Shown: piece after piece, positions 1 through 7,322 of the stretch | How the letters are laid out: the number at the start of each line of letters is the position of its first letter | How positions within the stretch are numbered: the stretch's first letter is position 1 | Virus record (IMG/VR): IMGVR_UViG_3300005663_000028 | Location: 64,001-128,000 of that record | Length of the DNA: 64,000 nt | Origin: a virus | Reading direction: 5' to 3' (one strand) | The notes under the pieces: model-generated | The model's database searches: none | Told to the model about the DNA's origin: nothing | What the model saw: the letters and a program-made list of their open reading frames with translations, nothing else | Translations under genes and position numbers: made by a program

Positions 1-1
1 G

Positions 2-445
2 CCATACATTAAAGAAGAAGAACGAGAAAAGTACGATCACCTAATAGATAAGCTAGCCGTTATTTTCAACGGTCTAGATGGTAATGATGAATTAAGCGGT
101 GATCTCAACTATGTTATTTTTCGTCTAGCTTATCTTCTGACCCACACTCAAACGGGTGGAAAACGCAAGTACGCCAGAATGGCCGTGGTCCTATCAGCCC
201 TGAACGAAGCTGGGGAAGAATTTCGGCGGCGAATTATGGGTCCATATGAAGATGAGGCAATAACCAAAAACGGGGATGTGCAGTTGAAGCCGCAACATCA
301 GTTATTAAAGCCATCCAGCGTTCAGTGGTGTCCTAATTGTCCTGGGGGAAAGATCGTACAAGACCCTCACTGGCTAGGCCGTCTCCTTTGTTGGAAATGT
401 CGATCTAATTGGGGTAAAGAAGAAAAAATAGAAGGAATAAATTGA
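2..445 (+). CDS. Conserved phage protein, DUF6899-like (5' end cut by window edge)
   Basis: The frame of ORF 179..445 is open back to base 2 (PYIKEEEREKYDHLIDKL...GDLNYVIFRL...YEDEAITKNGDV). Base 1 is probably the G of the ATG. The MPYIK...G.LNY...YED.....NGDV pattern is typical of this small phage family. Confidence 0.65.
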   Translation, partial: PYIKEEEREKYDHLIDKLAVIFNGLDGNDELSGDLNYVIFRLAYLLTHTQTGGKRKYARMAVVLSALNEAGEEFRRRIMGPYEDEAITKNGDVQLKPQHQLLKPSSVQWCPNCPGGKIVQDPHWLGRLLCWKCRSNWGKEEKIEGIN

Positions 446-458
446 TAAGGAGAAAGTT

Positions 459-758
459 ATGTTGAGAGTAACAATTGGTGAAGATGAGTTTCAAGTTTGG
501 TTTTCACATCCAGTTCAAAAACCATTTGAAATTGAAGGGTTAACTGGACGTATAGTTGATGATGATCGTAGATGTACGATAGTACAAATCAGGCAAAACG
601 GAGCTTTTGGAAGTCAAGGGGTCGCTGTTTGTAATCCCAATGACAATTTTCGCAAGGCAACTGGAAGAAAAATAGCACTTGCTGACGCCATGTGGGATTT
701 TAATAAGGACGAACGAATAGCGATATGGAATGAATATCATAAACATTGTAGTCTCTAA
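459..758 (+). CDS. Hypothetical phage protein
   Basis: 99-aa ORF with AAGGAG RBS; G.A.C.P.D.F.K..GRKIAL motif common in phage hypotheticals. Confidence 0.7.
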   Translation: MLRVTIGEDEFQVWFSHPVQKPFEIEGLTGRIVDDDRRCTIVQIRQNGAFGSQGVAVCNPNDNFRKATGRKIALADAMWDFNKDERIAIWNEYHKHCSL

Positions 759-769
759 GGGGAAATAAG

Positions 770-1897
770 GTGGGATACAGATATTGTGTTTTTGGGGCCG
801 GTCGTCAGGGCACTGCCGTCATTTATGACTTGGTGAAATTCTGTGAAGCCGATTGGGTGGTTGTTTATGAACCGAGCGACAGGTCTCGTCGACTGGCACA
901 TGAAAAACTTAACAGCCTACTGGAAGATGACTACGACAAGGTTCTTTGGGTATCAACGCTAGATGATAGACGAACACCAAAAATAGACTGGAAATCGTTC
1001 GATGTCATGATCAGTTGTGCTCCATGGAAGGAAAATCTCGGTTTGACGGAATTTGCAGTTCGGTGGAATACACCATTTTGTGACCTGGGAGGACATCCTG
1101 AAACCGTAGCTAGACAAGAAAATGTTATCACGGACACAGCGATCGTTCCAGATTGTGGGTTGTCTCCTGGTATCTCGAATATTCTGGCAGTTCATCTGGC
1201 AAAGCTCGGGTACGATAACATACAGGTGAGGTGTGGAGGTATTCCCATGGGGAATACTTCTGTTGGTGAATTTAACCAGGGTCTATGTTATCGCTTAACT
1301 TTTGATCCGACGGGACTAATTAGTGAGTATAGTGGTCGTGTACCTATAATAATCAGTGGTGAATTAAAGTATATTGAGTCGTTGTCAACAATAGAGCTAT
1401 ACAAAGATGGAAGATATGAGTGTGCTCCTACCTCGAACAACTCTCCCCAGGTTGTTCAGACTCTTTTGGATTTGGGTGTAAAGTACTATAACTACATGAC
1501 TATTAGACATAAGGGGCACTGGAATTTGGTGAAGGGATGGAAGGCTGCTGGTTTTTTAAGTGGTAATAAGAAAGCAGATGCGTATTTGGTCGAAGTTTTG
1601 GGTGAAAACCCACTTTTGAAGTATGATCCTGAAAAACATGTTGATAAGGTGTTATTGAATATATCTGGTACACGGGGCGAAAATTCGCTTAAACAAACTG
1701 GGGGTTTTGATTTTCTTGTTCTCGCCGATCCAGAAACAAAGTTCTCAGCAATGGAACAAATGACGTCTTGGGGTATAACTATGGTAGCTCATTATATGGC
1801 TACTAGAAATGGTACACCCAATAAATTTGCAACACCAGAACGGTTTGTCTCAGGGGATTGGATTTTAGAAGGATTGAACAAACGATTGCCATCGTAG
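770..1897 (+). CDS. Saccharopine dehydrogenase / lysine 6-dehydrogenase family NAD(P)-dependent oxidoreductase
   Basis: N-terminal Rossmann motif VFGAGRQG, D..ISCAP, YCDLGG-like FCDLGG, DCGLSPGISN, RCGG.P and the Y.T.R..GH C-terminal motif. Confidence 0.85.
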   Translation: MGYRYCVFGAGRQGTAVIYDLVKFCEADWVVVYEPSDRSRRLAHEKLNSLLEDDYDKVLWVSTLDDRRTPKIDWKSFDVMISCAPWKENLGLTEFAVRWNTPFCDLGGHPETVARQENVITDTAIVPDCGLSPGISNILAVHLAKLGYDNIQVRCGGIPMGNTSVGEFNQGLCYRLTFDPTGLISEYSGRVPIIISGELKYIESLSTIELYKDGRYECAPTSNNSPQVVQTLLDLGVKYYNYMTIRHKGHWNLVKGWKAAGFLSGNKKADAYLVEVLGENPLLKYDPEKHVDKVLLNISGTRGENSLKQTGGFDFLVLADPETKFSAMEQMTSWGITMVAHYMATRNGTPNKFATPERFVSGDWILEGLNKRLPS

Positions 1898-1913
1898 AAA
1901 TTAAACAACTTGT

Positions 1914-1985
1914 GCCCGCTAAGCATAGATAGCGATGCGCTGGTTTTGTAAATCAGGGAGGTTGGTGCATGTCCGACAGTGGGCT
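1914..1985 (+). tRNA. tRNA-Thr(UGU)
   Basis: Cloverleaf: acceptor GCCCGCT/AGTGGGC, D stem GCAT/ATGC, anticodon stem CTGGT/ATCAG with loop TT-TGT-AA, T stem GTTGG/CCGAC. No encoded CCA. Confidence 0.85.
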
Positions 1986-2001
1986 TAGTGGAAAAGAGGC
2001 T

Positions 2002-2574
2002 ATGAGAGCCGCAGCTATTCGTGGCAACGAGACACGAAGAGTACGTAATAGAAATAATTATGCAATGAACCTAAAATTTTGTGCTCATTGTGATCGGCAA
2101 TTGGCTTACACCAAACGACACAATCGTTTCTGTAATCACTCGTGTGCCGCTTCTGCGAATAACTTAGGTGTGACACGACACAGTAAGTACATCAAAAGGC
2201 CGTGTGATCTATGTGGAGAAATAACTAGAAACCCAAAATTTTGTTCTACGAGGTGTTGTTGTGACTACATAAAGAAGTTGGCGAAACCGAATATTACAAT
2301 AAATGGGTGTTTTTTGACATCGCTTGCTGCTAAAAGGTATTTATTGAGAATTTATGGCAATACCTGTTCTGTGTGCGGCTTATCAGAGTGGAATAATAAA
2401 CCAATGTCGATATGTATTGATCATATAGATGGGAATTATCAGAACCACAGTATCGCAAATGTTAGGTTGATTTGTCCAAATTGTGACGCGCAAACGGATA
2501 CGTATAAGGGGAGGAATCGAGGCAATGGACGACATGCTCGTATGGAACGATATCACAAGGGGTTGAGTTACTGA
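2002..2574 (+). CDS. HNH endonuclease with N-terminal CxxC zinc-finger repeats (putative homing endonuclease)
   Basis: CSVCG...IDHIDGN..NH...NVRLICPNCDAQT HNH motif. Start moved from 1969 (inside the tRNA) to the ATG at 2002. Confidence 0.85.
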   Translation: MRAAAIRGNETRRVRNRNNYAMNLKFCAHCDRQLAYTKRHNRFCNHSCAASANNLGVTRHSKYIKRPCDLCGEITRNPKFCSTRCCCDYIKKLAKPNITINGCFLTSLAAKRYLLRIYGNTCSVCGLSEWNNKPMSICIDHIDGNYQNHSIANVRLICPNCDAQTDTYKGRNRGNGRHARMERYHKGLSY

Positions 2575-2590
2575 AAGTTGAGGTGAAAAA

Positions 2591-2764
2591 ATGTTTGTTT
2601 TATTGCTGTCTATATTTGGAGTTTGGATGTTTATGTCTTTATTGGCCCTGGCGTCAGACGTTAGAGATGGACTTGGAGACGGAAGATTTATCTGGTTGTT
2701 TGGTTATCCAGGGGATCGGTTATATGAATTATCTAAAAAACTCTTCATTGTTAGAAATAGATAA
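2591..2764 (+). CDS. Small membrane protein (57 aa; not in ORF track)
   Basis: MFVLLLSIFGVWMFMSLLALASDVRDG...; GAGGTG RBS; its TAA overlaps the next ATG (TAATG). Confidence 0.6.
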   Translation: MFVLLLSIFGVWMFMSLLALASDVRDGLGDGRFIWLFGYPGDRLYELSKKLFIVRNR

Positions 2765-3147
2765 TGCTTGTTTTTATTCTAGAAGATGATCCTGTACGCA
2801 TGGAGAAATTCATCAGAGAATTATCGTGTGATGAAATACATCATGTAGAAACAGTAGACGCTGGAAAAGAACTGTTATTAAAGAATAAATACGATCTTCT
2901 TTTACTAGATCATGATTTGGGTGGAGAACAAATGGTAGACTCGTGGAAACAGAATACTGGTTATCAACTTGCCAAGTTTATTCCAAAAACACAAAATAAA
3001 GATACACCATGTATTACACATACCTGTAATCCTGCTGGGGCAGACAATATTTTGAGTGTACTTCCACACGCAATTAAAGTACCATTTCCGTCACTCAATA
3101 TCGCCGCTATTGGTGAATTTGTAGAACAACACAAACAAGGGATGTAA
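2764..3147 (+). CDS. Stand-alone receiver-domain protein, cyclic-phosphate-processing Rec-like
   Basis: FILEDD, YDLLLLDHDLGG, TGY..A and ITHTCNPAGA motifs match this Rec subfamily. Confidence 0.75.
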   Translation: MLVFILEDDPVRMEKFIRELSCDEIHHVETVDAGKELLLKNKYDLLLLDHDLGGEQMVDSWKQNTGYQLAKFIPKTQNKDTPCITHTCNPAGADNILSVLPHAIKVPFPSLNIAAIGEFVEQHKQGM

Positions 3148-3150
3148 AAC

Positions 3151-3411
3151 ATGGGTCAAAGTCAAAAAAAGAAAAAACAAAAACGTAAAGAACAAAAGAG
3201 GGAAGTGGTGGAAATACCAGTTATTGGCCCTATTGATCAAGAAATATTAGATTCAATAGGTAATCCAAATGCTTGGACTCCAAAAATTGAAGATACTTGG
3301 ATCAGGGAACTTCGGAAATTGTCTGGGTATGAAATTTATAGCAGATTTCCGCCGATGCGAAAACCTCCGAATGTTCGTACAAGAGGTAATAGTTCTGGAT
3401 GGGGAGGATAG
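3151..3411 (+). CDS. Hypothetical basic protein
   Basis: 86-aa ORF, Lys-rich N-terminus, packed between neighbours. Confidence 0.55.
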   Translation: MGQSQKKKKQKRKEQKREVVEIPVIGPIDQEILDSIGNPNAWTPKIEDTWIRELRKLSGYEIYSRFPPMRKPPNVRTRGNSSGWGG

Positions 3412-3413
3412 TC

Positions 3414-3608
3414 ATGTATAGAGTTTTGTTGATTATTTGTTTGGTATTGGGTTGTTGTGGGTGTAATTTACTTGAAATCGCTACGAGTGATATCAATGGT
3501 TGGGACATGAGTGCATGTGTGTCCGGTTTCGATACATGTTGGGAACTCTGGAGTGATAATGCCGATAAATTCGAAGGAGGGTTCGTAGATGCTCTGGAAG
3601 GGCTCTAG
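3414..3608 (+). CDS. Small putative lipoprotein
   Basis: GGAGG RBS before ATG 3414; MYRVLLIICLVLGCCGC is a signal peptide with a lipobox-like Cys. Confidence 0.55.
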   Translation: MYRVLLIICLVLGCCGCNLLEIATSDINGWDMSACVSGFDTCWELWSDNADKFEGGFVDALEGL

Positions 3609-3637
3609 GAATCGTTGTCGTAGCCTGTGTTGCCTTT

Positions 3638-3925
3638 TTGTGTCTAGCTAAGGGTCGAGAGACCCCCGAATCCGTAAGGAGGCTTAAAATAGATACGTTA
3701 AAAGTAGAACTGGAATATTTCGAGCAACACCGAAAAGAGTGGTGTAAGCACCATTTAGGTAAAGTTGCTGTAATTAGCGGAACCATCTTGCATGGTTTTT
3801 ACGATACCTGTGAAGCGGCTTTAGAGGTGGGGTATGATAAGTGTGGTGTTGACCAACCCTTTCTCATTAAAGAGGTGCGTATTAAAGATAAAGTAGTACT
3901 TATTACTCGTCTTCTGGGGTTTTAA
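3638..3925 (+). CDS. DUF5678-like small protein (true start possibly ATA at 3689)
   Basis: ELEYFEQHRKEW...GKVAVISG...GFYDT.EAAL..G....G..PFLIKEV pattern; AAGGAGG at 3676-3682. Confidence 0.6.
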   Translation: MCLAKGRETPESVRRLKIDTLKVELEYFEQHRKEWCKHHLGKVAVISGTILHGFYDTCEAALEVGYDKCGVDQPFLIKEVRIKDKVVLITRLLGF

Positions 3926-4467
3926 TGAGTACAAAAAATACCCATAGACAAAAATACCCTCATTTTGGCAAGAAGGGTGATAGTCCACACAAACATTATT
4001 CAAATAGAGCAGAGATAATCAAAAAGAAGGGTGGAGATATGCCAAATGAGGTTTTCGAATCTGATGGGGGTCAAATACAAAAACACGCAGAAAATCCTAG
4101 TTGGGAATTTGACGACAGCGATTTAATAAAGATGTATTATTGGCGAGATCGATGTCGTCTAGCAGAAAAATTGATACAACACGTTTTAACTAGAAAAGAT
4201 GTTGGTAGGGCGTTACATATACACGGCCTTGAAGAAAAACTTAGGAAACTACAAGAGGAAATGACTCATCAAAGAATTGCCGCAGAGGTCCGAAATAAAC
4301 AGCTTAAAGCTGCCAATATGATTGTGTGTTGTACTGGAGGTTGTGAAGGTGGAATTATCGGGTCTTCAGATAAGGTAGAAGAGGAGTTAGTCGTCGAAGT
4401 CGAGCGCACAGCCAAGAGATTGAGGCAATGGTGGGAAAATCGTAAGCACCGATTGTCTCAAGAATAG
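3925..4467 (+). CDS. Hypothetical protein with coiled-coil segment
   Basis: 180-aa ORF coupled to the upstream stop (TAATG). Confidence 0.6.
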   Translation: MSTKNTHRQKYPHFGKKGDSPHKHYSNRAEIIKKKGGDMPNEVFESDGGQIQKHAENPSWEFDDSDLIKMYYWRDRCRLAEKLIQHVLTRKDVGRALHIHGLEEKLRKLQEEMTHQRIAAEVRNKQLKAANMIVCCTGGCEGGIIGSSDKVEEELVVEVERTAKRLRQWWENRKHRLSQE

Positions 4468-4495
4468 CTTGCCTGCCATGTGTAGGTGGAGTAAC

Positions 4496-4530
4496 AGTGT
4501 CGTTTTCGGACGACACTAGATTTTTTTATT
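4496..4530 (+). terminator. Rho-independent terminator
   Basis: AGTGTCGT-TTTCGG-ACGACACT 8-bp stem followed by a long T tract. Confidence 0.8.
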
Positions 4531-4554
4531 TTTTTGGGACAAAATGGTGAGTTA

Positions 4555-4564
4555 GGGGTATAAT
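4555..4564 (+). promoter_or_regulatory. Putative -10 element upstream of the tRNA-like gene
   Basis: GGGGTATAAT just after a terminator, ~40 nt upstream of the tRNA-like gene; no clear -35. Confidence 0.4.
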
Positions 4565-4605
4565 AAGGTATCGAGGTATCGGGGAGTACCACCGATCCCG
4601 ATTAT

Positions 4606-4677
4606 GGTTTTGGTAGCTCAGTTTGGTAGAGCAACGGGTCGCACCTGTGGTCGTTGGTTCAAATCCAACCCAAACCA
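4606..4677 (+). tRNA. Atypical/degenerate tRNA-like gene (shortened anticodon arm; identity unresolved)
   Basis: Canonical D arm (TAGCTCAGTTTGGTAGAGC) and T arm (GTTGG-TTCAAAT-CCAAC). Anticodon arm ACGGG-TCGCA-CCTGT has only a 5-nt loop; acceptor stem has a bulge. Confidence 0.55.
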
Positions 4678-4755
4678 TTTGTTGTCTGCCAGGGGCAGGG
4701 AATCCATAAAGGCTTGGCCACGGAGCCGTATCTGTGGTGATTTGGGGAATAATCA

Positions 4756-4896
4756 ATGAAAAGTTTGTGTACACAATTAAGTGACAAGGATGCTCAGATA
4801 TTTCTGGAGATGTTGCAGGATGATTCTGAACCCAACGAGGCACTTAAAGCCGCTGCGATACGGTACGTATCGCCATTTGGTGGTGATGCGGGCTAG
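4756..4896 (+). CDS. 46-aa orphan protein resembling the C-terminal part of DUF1778 (TacA/AtaR/KacA) antitoxins (not in ORF track)
   Basis: MKSLCTQLSDKDAQIFLEMLQDDSEPNEALKAAAIRY...; LS..D...F...L....EPNEALK.A..RY is the DUF1778 C-terminal pattern; GGGGA RBS; no RHH domain. Confidence 0.65.
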   Translation: MKSLCTQLSDKDAQIFLEMLQDDSEPNEALKAAAIRYVSPFGGDAG

Positions 4897-4970
4897 GGTT
4901 TATTCTTTTAATTAAGATTGGACTTTGGCTCGTGGGAGACTGCGGATCTTTTTTTGTTAGATATAGGACT

Positions 4971-5609
4971 ATGAAAACAACAACAGTTAATATTCGTCGT
5001 AGTGAATATGATGTATATATCGGCCGTGCTGGGCATGGCCACGATGGTATTTTCGGCAATCCATTCAGTGGTATCCGAGACGGTGGACGCGAGAAAGCAA
5101 TTGCGTTATACCGAAAATACTTTTTGGAACGATTAAAAAATGATCAAGAATTTGTTGCACAGGTAGAAAAATTAAAGGGTAAGCGGCTTGGTTGTTTCTG
5201 TAAACCAAAGGCTTGTCATGGGGATGTGATAGTTGAGTATTTGGAGAAACCAATGAAAGTGGTGATATGTGGAGATCGTAATTGGTCGGATGAATCTATT
5301 ATTTGTGAAAGATTACATAAACTTCCTTCCGATACTATCATTATCCAGGGGGAGTGTGACGGTGCAGATACTTTAGCCGGGGATCTTGCTAGGGAAATAG
5401 GACTTGATGTTGTCGGGTTCTATGCCAATTGGACTAGGCACGGTAAGGCTGCTGGGCCAATCAGAAATATTAGGATGTTGAATACGAAACCGTCTTTGGT
5501 AATTGCATTCCATAATGATTTGAGTAAGTCTAAGGGGACTAAGCACATAGTCAATGAAGCAAGGAAACGAGGAATTGAAGTGGAGGTTATTGAAGATAAT
5601 GTTGAATGA
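4971..5609 (+). CDS. DUF4326 + YspA-like SLOG (DUF2493-type) fusion protein
   Basis: N-domain VYIGR...FGNPF...GKRLGCFCKPKACHGDVI; C-domain KVVICGDRNW...GECDGAD.LA...HGKAAGPIRN..ML...VIAF...SKGT. Start placed at ATG 4971. Confidence 0.85.
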   Translation: MKTTTVNIRRSEYDVYIGRAGHGHDGIFGNPFSGIRDGGREKAIALYRKYFLERLKNDQEFVAQVEKLKGKRLGCFCKPKACHGDVIVEYLEKPMKVVICGDRNWSDESIICERLHKLPSDTIIIQGECDGADTLAGDLAREIGLDVVGFYANWTRHGKAAGPIRNIRMLNTKPSLVIAFHNDLSKSKGTKHIVNEARKRGIEVEVIEDNVE

Positions 5610-5874
5610 AATAATTGATTTTTTGAACGAAGCCGTAAAGCAAGATAGTGAATCTGTCGACAATGTGTTTCGAAAGATAAGTGTTCCCGCTACTCAAGAA
5701 ATGATTGAACACCCAACTATTGTAGTTACAATGGATGGTAAGTTAAGGTTAATTGGATTAATAAATGGTTTTATGGAGGAGGGTGGTAATCGCCTAGCTA
5801 TGACAATTGATGATGAAACGGGTAAGATCACTGGATTCTGCGCCGTAACATCACAAGAACTGGGATTAGGATAG
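5599..5874 (+). CDS. Hypothetical protein
   Basis: ATG 5599 overlaps the end of the upstream gene and is in frame with track ORF 5554..5874. Confidence 0.6.
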   Translation: MLNEIIDFLNEAVKQDSESVDNVFRKISVPATQEMIEHPTIVVTMDGKLRLIGLINGFMEEGGNRLAMTIDDETGKITGFCAVTSQELGLG

Positions 5875-5893
5875 ATCATGGAAAGAAAGGTGG

Positions 5894-6181
5894 TTGAATA
5901 AGATGTTGGAATGTTGTCTACCCAGTGATCAGATGGTTGAGGTATTGTTCAAGGGCGAAAAAGAAAAAGCTAAATTAGCTATTGCCGCAGCTTTTACAGA
6001 GACCGGAACTCACCTGATATTGATTCTCGCAGACGGTAAACAGCGTACTGTACCAATATCTATTTTTACGGACAATCCGGTTGCAGTGCCAAACTTTAAC
6101 ACTTTAGAGCTTTGTGACTATGGACGTACTGTTAAATTTGGCACATATGAAGCGGCAGTAGATTTTGCTTTGAAATACTGA
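5894..6181 (+). CDS. Hypothetical protein, weakly DUF2442-like
   Basis: LILILADGKQRTVPISIF...FNTLELCDYGRTVKFG pattern; the TGA stop lies inside the 5' end of tRNA-Pro. Confidence 0.55.
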   Translation: MNKMLECCLPSDQMVEVLFKGEKEKAKLAIAAAFTETGTHLILILADGKQRTVPISIFTDNPVAVPNFNTLELCDYGRTVKFGTYEAAVDFALKY

Positions 6182-6252
6182 CTGTAGCGTAGTCTGGCCA
6201 ACGCGCCGCGTTTGGGACGCGGAGATCGCAAGTTCGAGTCTTGCCAGTCAGA
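6178..6252 (+). tRNA. tRNA-Pro(UGG)
   Basis: Acceptor CTGACTG/CAGTCAG, anticodon stem CCGCG/CGCGG with loop TT-TGG-GA, T arm GCAAG-TTCGAGT-CTTGC. Confidence 0.92.
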
Positions 6253-6274
6253 ATCTTGAAGGGGAAAGGGGATT

Positions 6275-6439
6275 ATGAGAAAATTAATTCGTAAATTTGT
6301 TTGCTGGCTAATCGGCTGTAACTACATTTGTCTTCATCGTTTTGTGATCGAACGTGATTACAATCTCAGTTCCACTGTAAGTGGATGGCAATGTATCCGG
6401 TGCGACAATCGTAGACACGAACAGTGGGATGATGTGTGA
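6275..6439 (+). CDS. Small Cys/His protein (54 aa; not in ORF track)
   Basis: MRKLIRKFVCWLIGCNY...WQCIRCDNRR...; GGGGA RBS; TGATG coupling to the next gene. Confidence 0.6.
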   Translation: MRKLIRKFVCWLIGCNYICLHRFVIERDYNLSSTVSGWQCIRCDNRRHEQWDDV

Positions 6440-6759
6440 TGAATAAAATACCGAAACTAGGAAAAGACTGTGAACAACACCTGTACTCAGAATACTTTGG
6501 ATGTAGATGTACAAGTAATGAGCACCTTGTGTTGTTCACTCTTGATGCTTATGATCCTCAATATGTTGAGTTTTGCGTATCAGTTAAAATGAATCAATAT
6601 CATGGATTTTTTGCAAAACTCTGGGTTGCAGTGAAATATCTGTTTGGTCGTAAATGTAAGGATGCGGTTGATCATTGGGATACTGTTATGCTGAAAATTG
6701 AAGATGTTGATCGGTTAATTGAAATGCTACAAAAGTATAAAAGGCTATCTGAGGAGTAA
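6439..6759 (+). CDS. Hypothetical protein
   Basis: 106-aa ORF coupled to the upstream stop. Confidence 0.65.
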   Translation: MNKIPKLGKDCEQHLYSEYFGCRCTSNEHLVLFTLDAYDPQYVEFCVSVKMNQYHGFFAKLWVAVKYLFGRKCKDAVDHWDTVMLKIEDVDRLIEMLQKYKRLSEE

Positions 6760-6761
6760 GT

Positions 6762-7229
6762 ATGTCTTTGACGTCAAGCGACATTCATAAAGTAGTTCAT
6801 GAGCTTAGGTATAGCCAGGGTGGTAATGTTGCGGATAATGTGGAGGCATTTGTGATCAATACTGAAGACTTAAGAGATTTGTTAAGGCAAGATCAATTTT
6901 CTAATCAATTTCCCCTTTGGGGTACGGGTTGTGATCCTGGACAGTTGAAGATTTGTGGAATAAAGATTATAGATAGCCCATACATAGAGAAAGGTGTTGT
7001 TTTTAAGATGTTCAAAAATGACCCATTGTACAGAAATTTCACTGATTTCACACTCCCTCCCGAATGGCCGATAAAATATATACCTTCATCATCACCAACT
7101 GGTTCGGATAAGGATGAAATAGAAAAAATGAAATTGAAAATAAAAATCTTGGAGTTAGAAACTGGACCAGTAGTTAAGGAAAAATCTAAGAAGAAGTATA
7201 GCCAGACACGAAAGATTAAATTAGGTTAA
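6762..7229 (+). CDS. Hypothetical protein (N-half weakly resembles an HK97 capsid segment)
   Basis: GGAG RBS; ends one base before tRNA-Ala. Confidence 0.65.
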   Translation: MSLTSSDIHKVVHELRYSQGGNVADNVEAFVINTEDLRDLLRQDQFSNQFPLWGTGCDPGQLKICGIKIIDSPYIEKGVVFKMFKNDPLYRNFTDFTLPPEWPIKYIPSSSPTGSDKDEIEKMKLKIKILELETGPVVKEKSKKKYSQTRKIKLG

Positions 7230-7302
7230 GGGGGAGTAGCTCAGTTGGGAGAGCGTTGCCCTTGCAAGGCAAAGGCCGCCGGATCGTAGCCGGTCTCCTC
7301 CA
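7230..7302 (+). tRNA. tRNA-Ala(UGC)
   Basis: Acceptor GGGGGAG/CTCCTCC with the G3:U70 alanine identity pair; anticodon stem TTGCC/GGCAA with loop CT-TGC-AA; atypical T loop ATCGTAG. Confidence 0.9.
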
Positions 7303-7322
7303 GTTACTCGAAAGGATAGAAA

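Noticed and set aside
1969-2001. Track start of the HNH ORF at 1969
   Set aside because: Lies inside the T arm of tRNA-Thr; ATG 2002 is more plausible.
2583-2789. 68-aa Cys-rich ORF from the track
   Set aside because: The alternative frame 2591..2764 has an ATG, an RBS, a membrane helix and TAATG coupling to the next gene.
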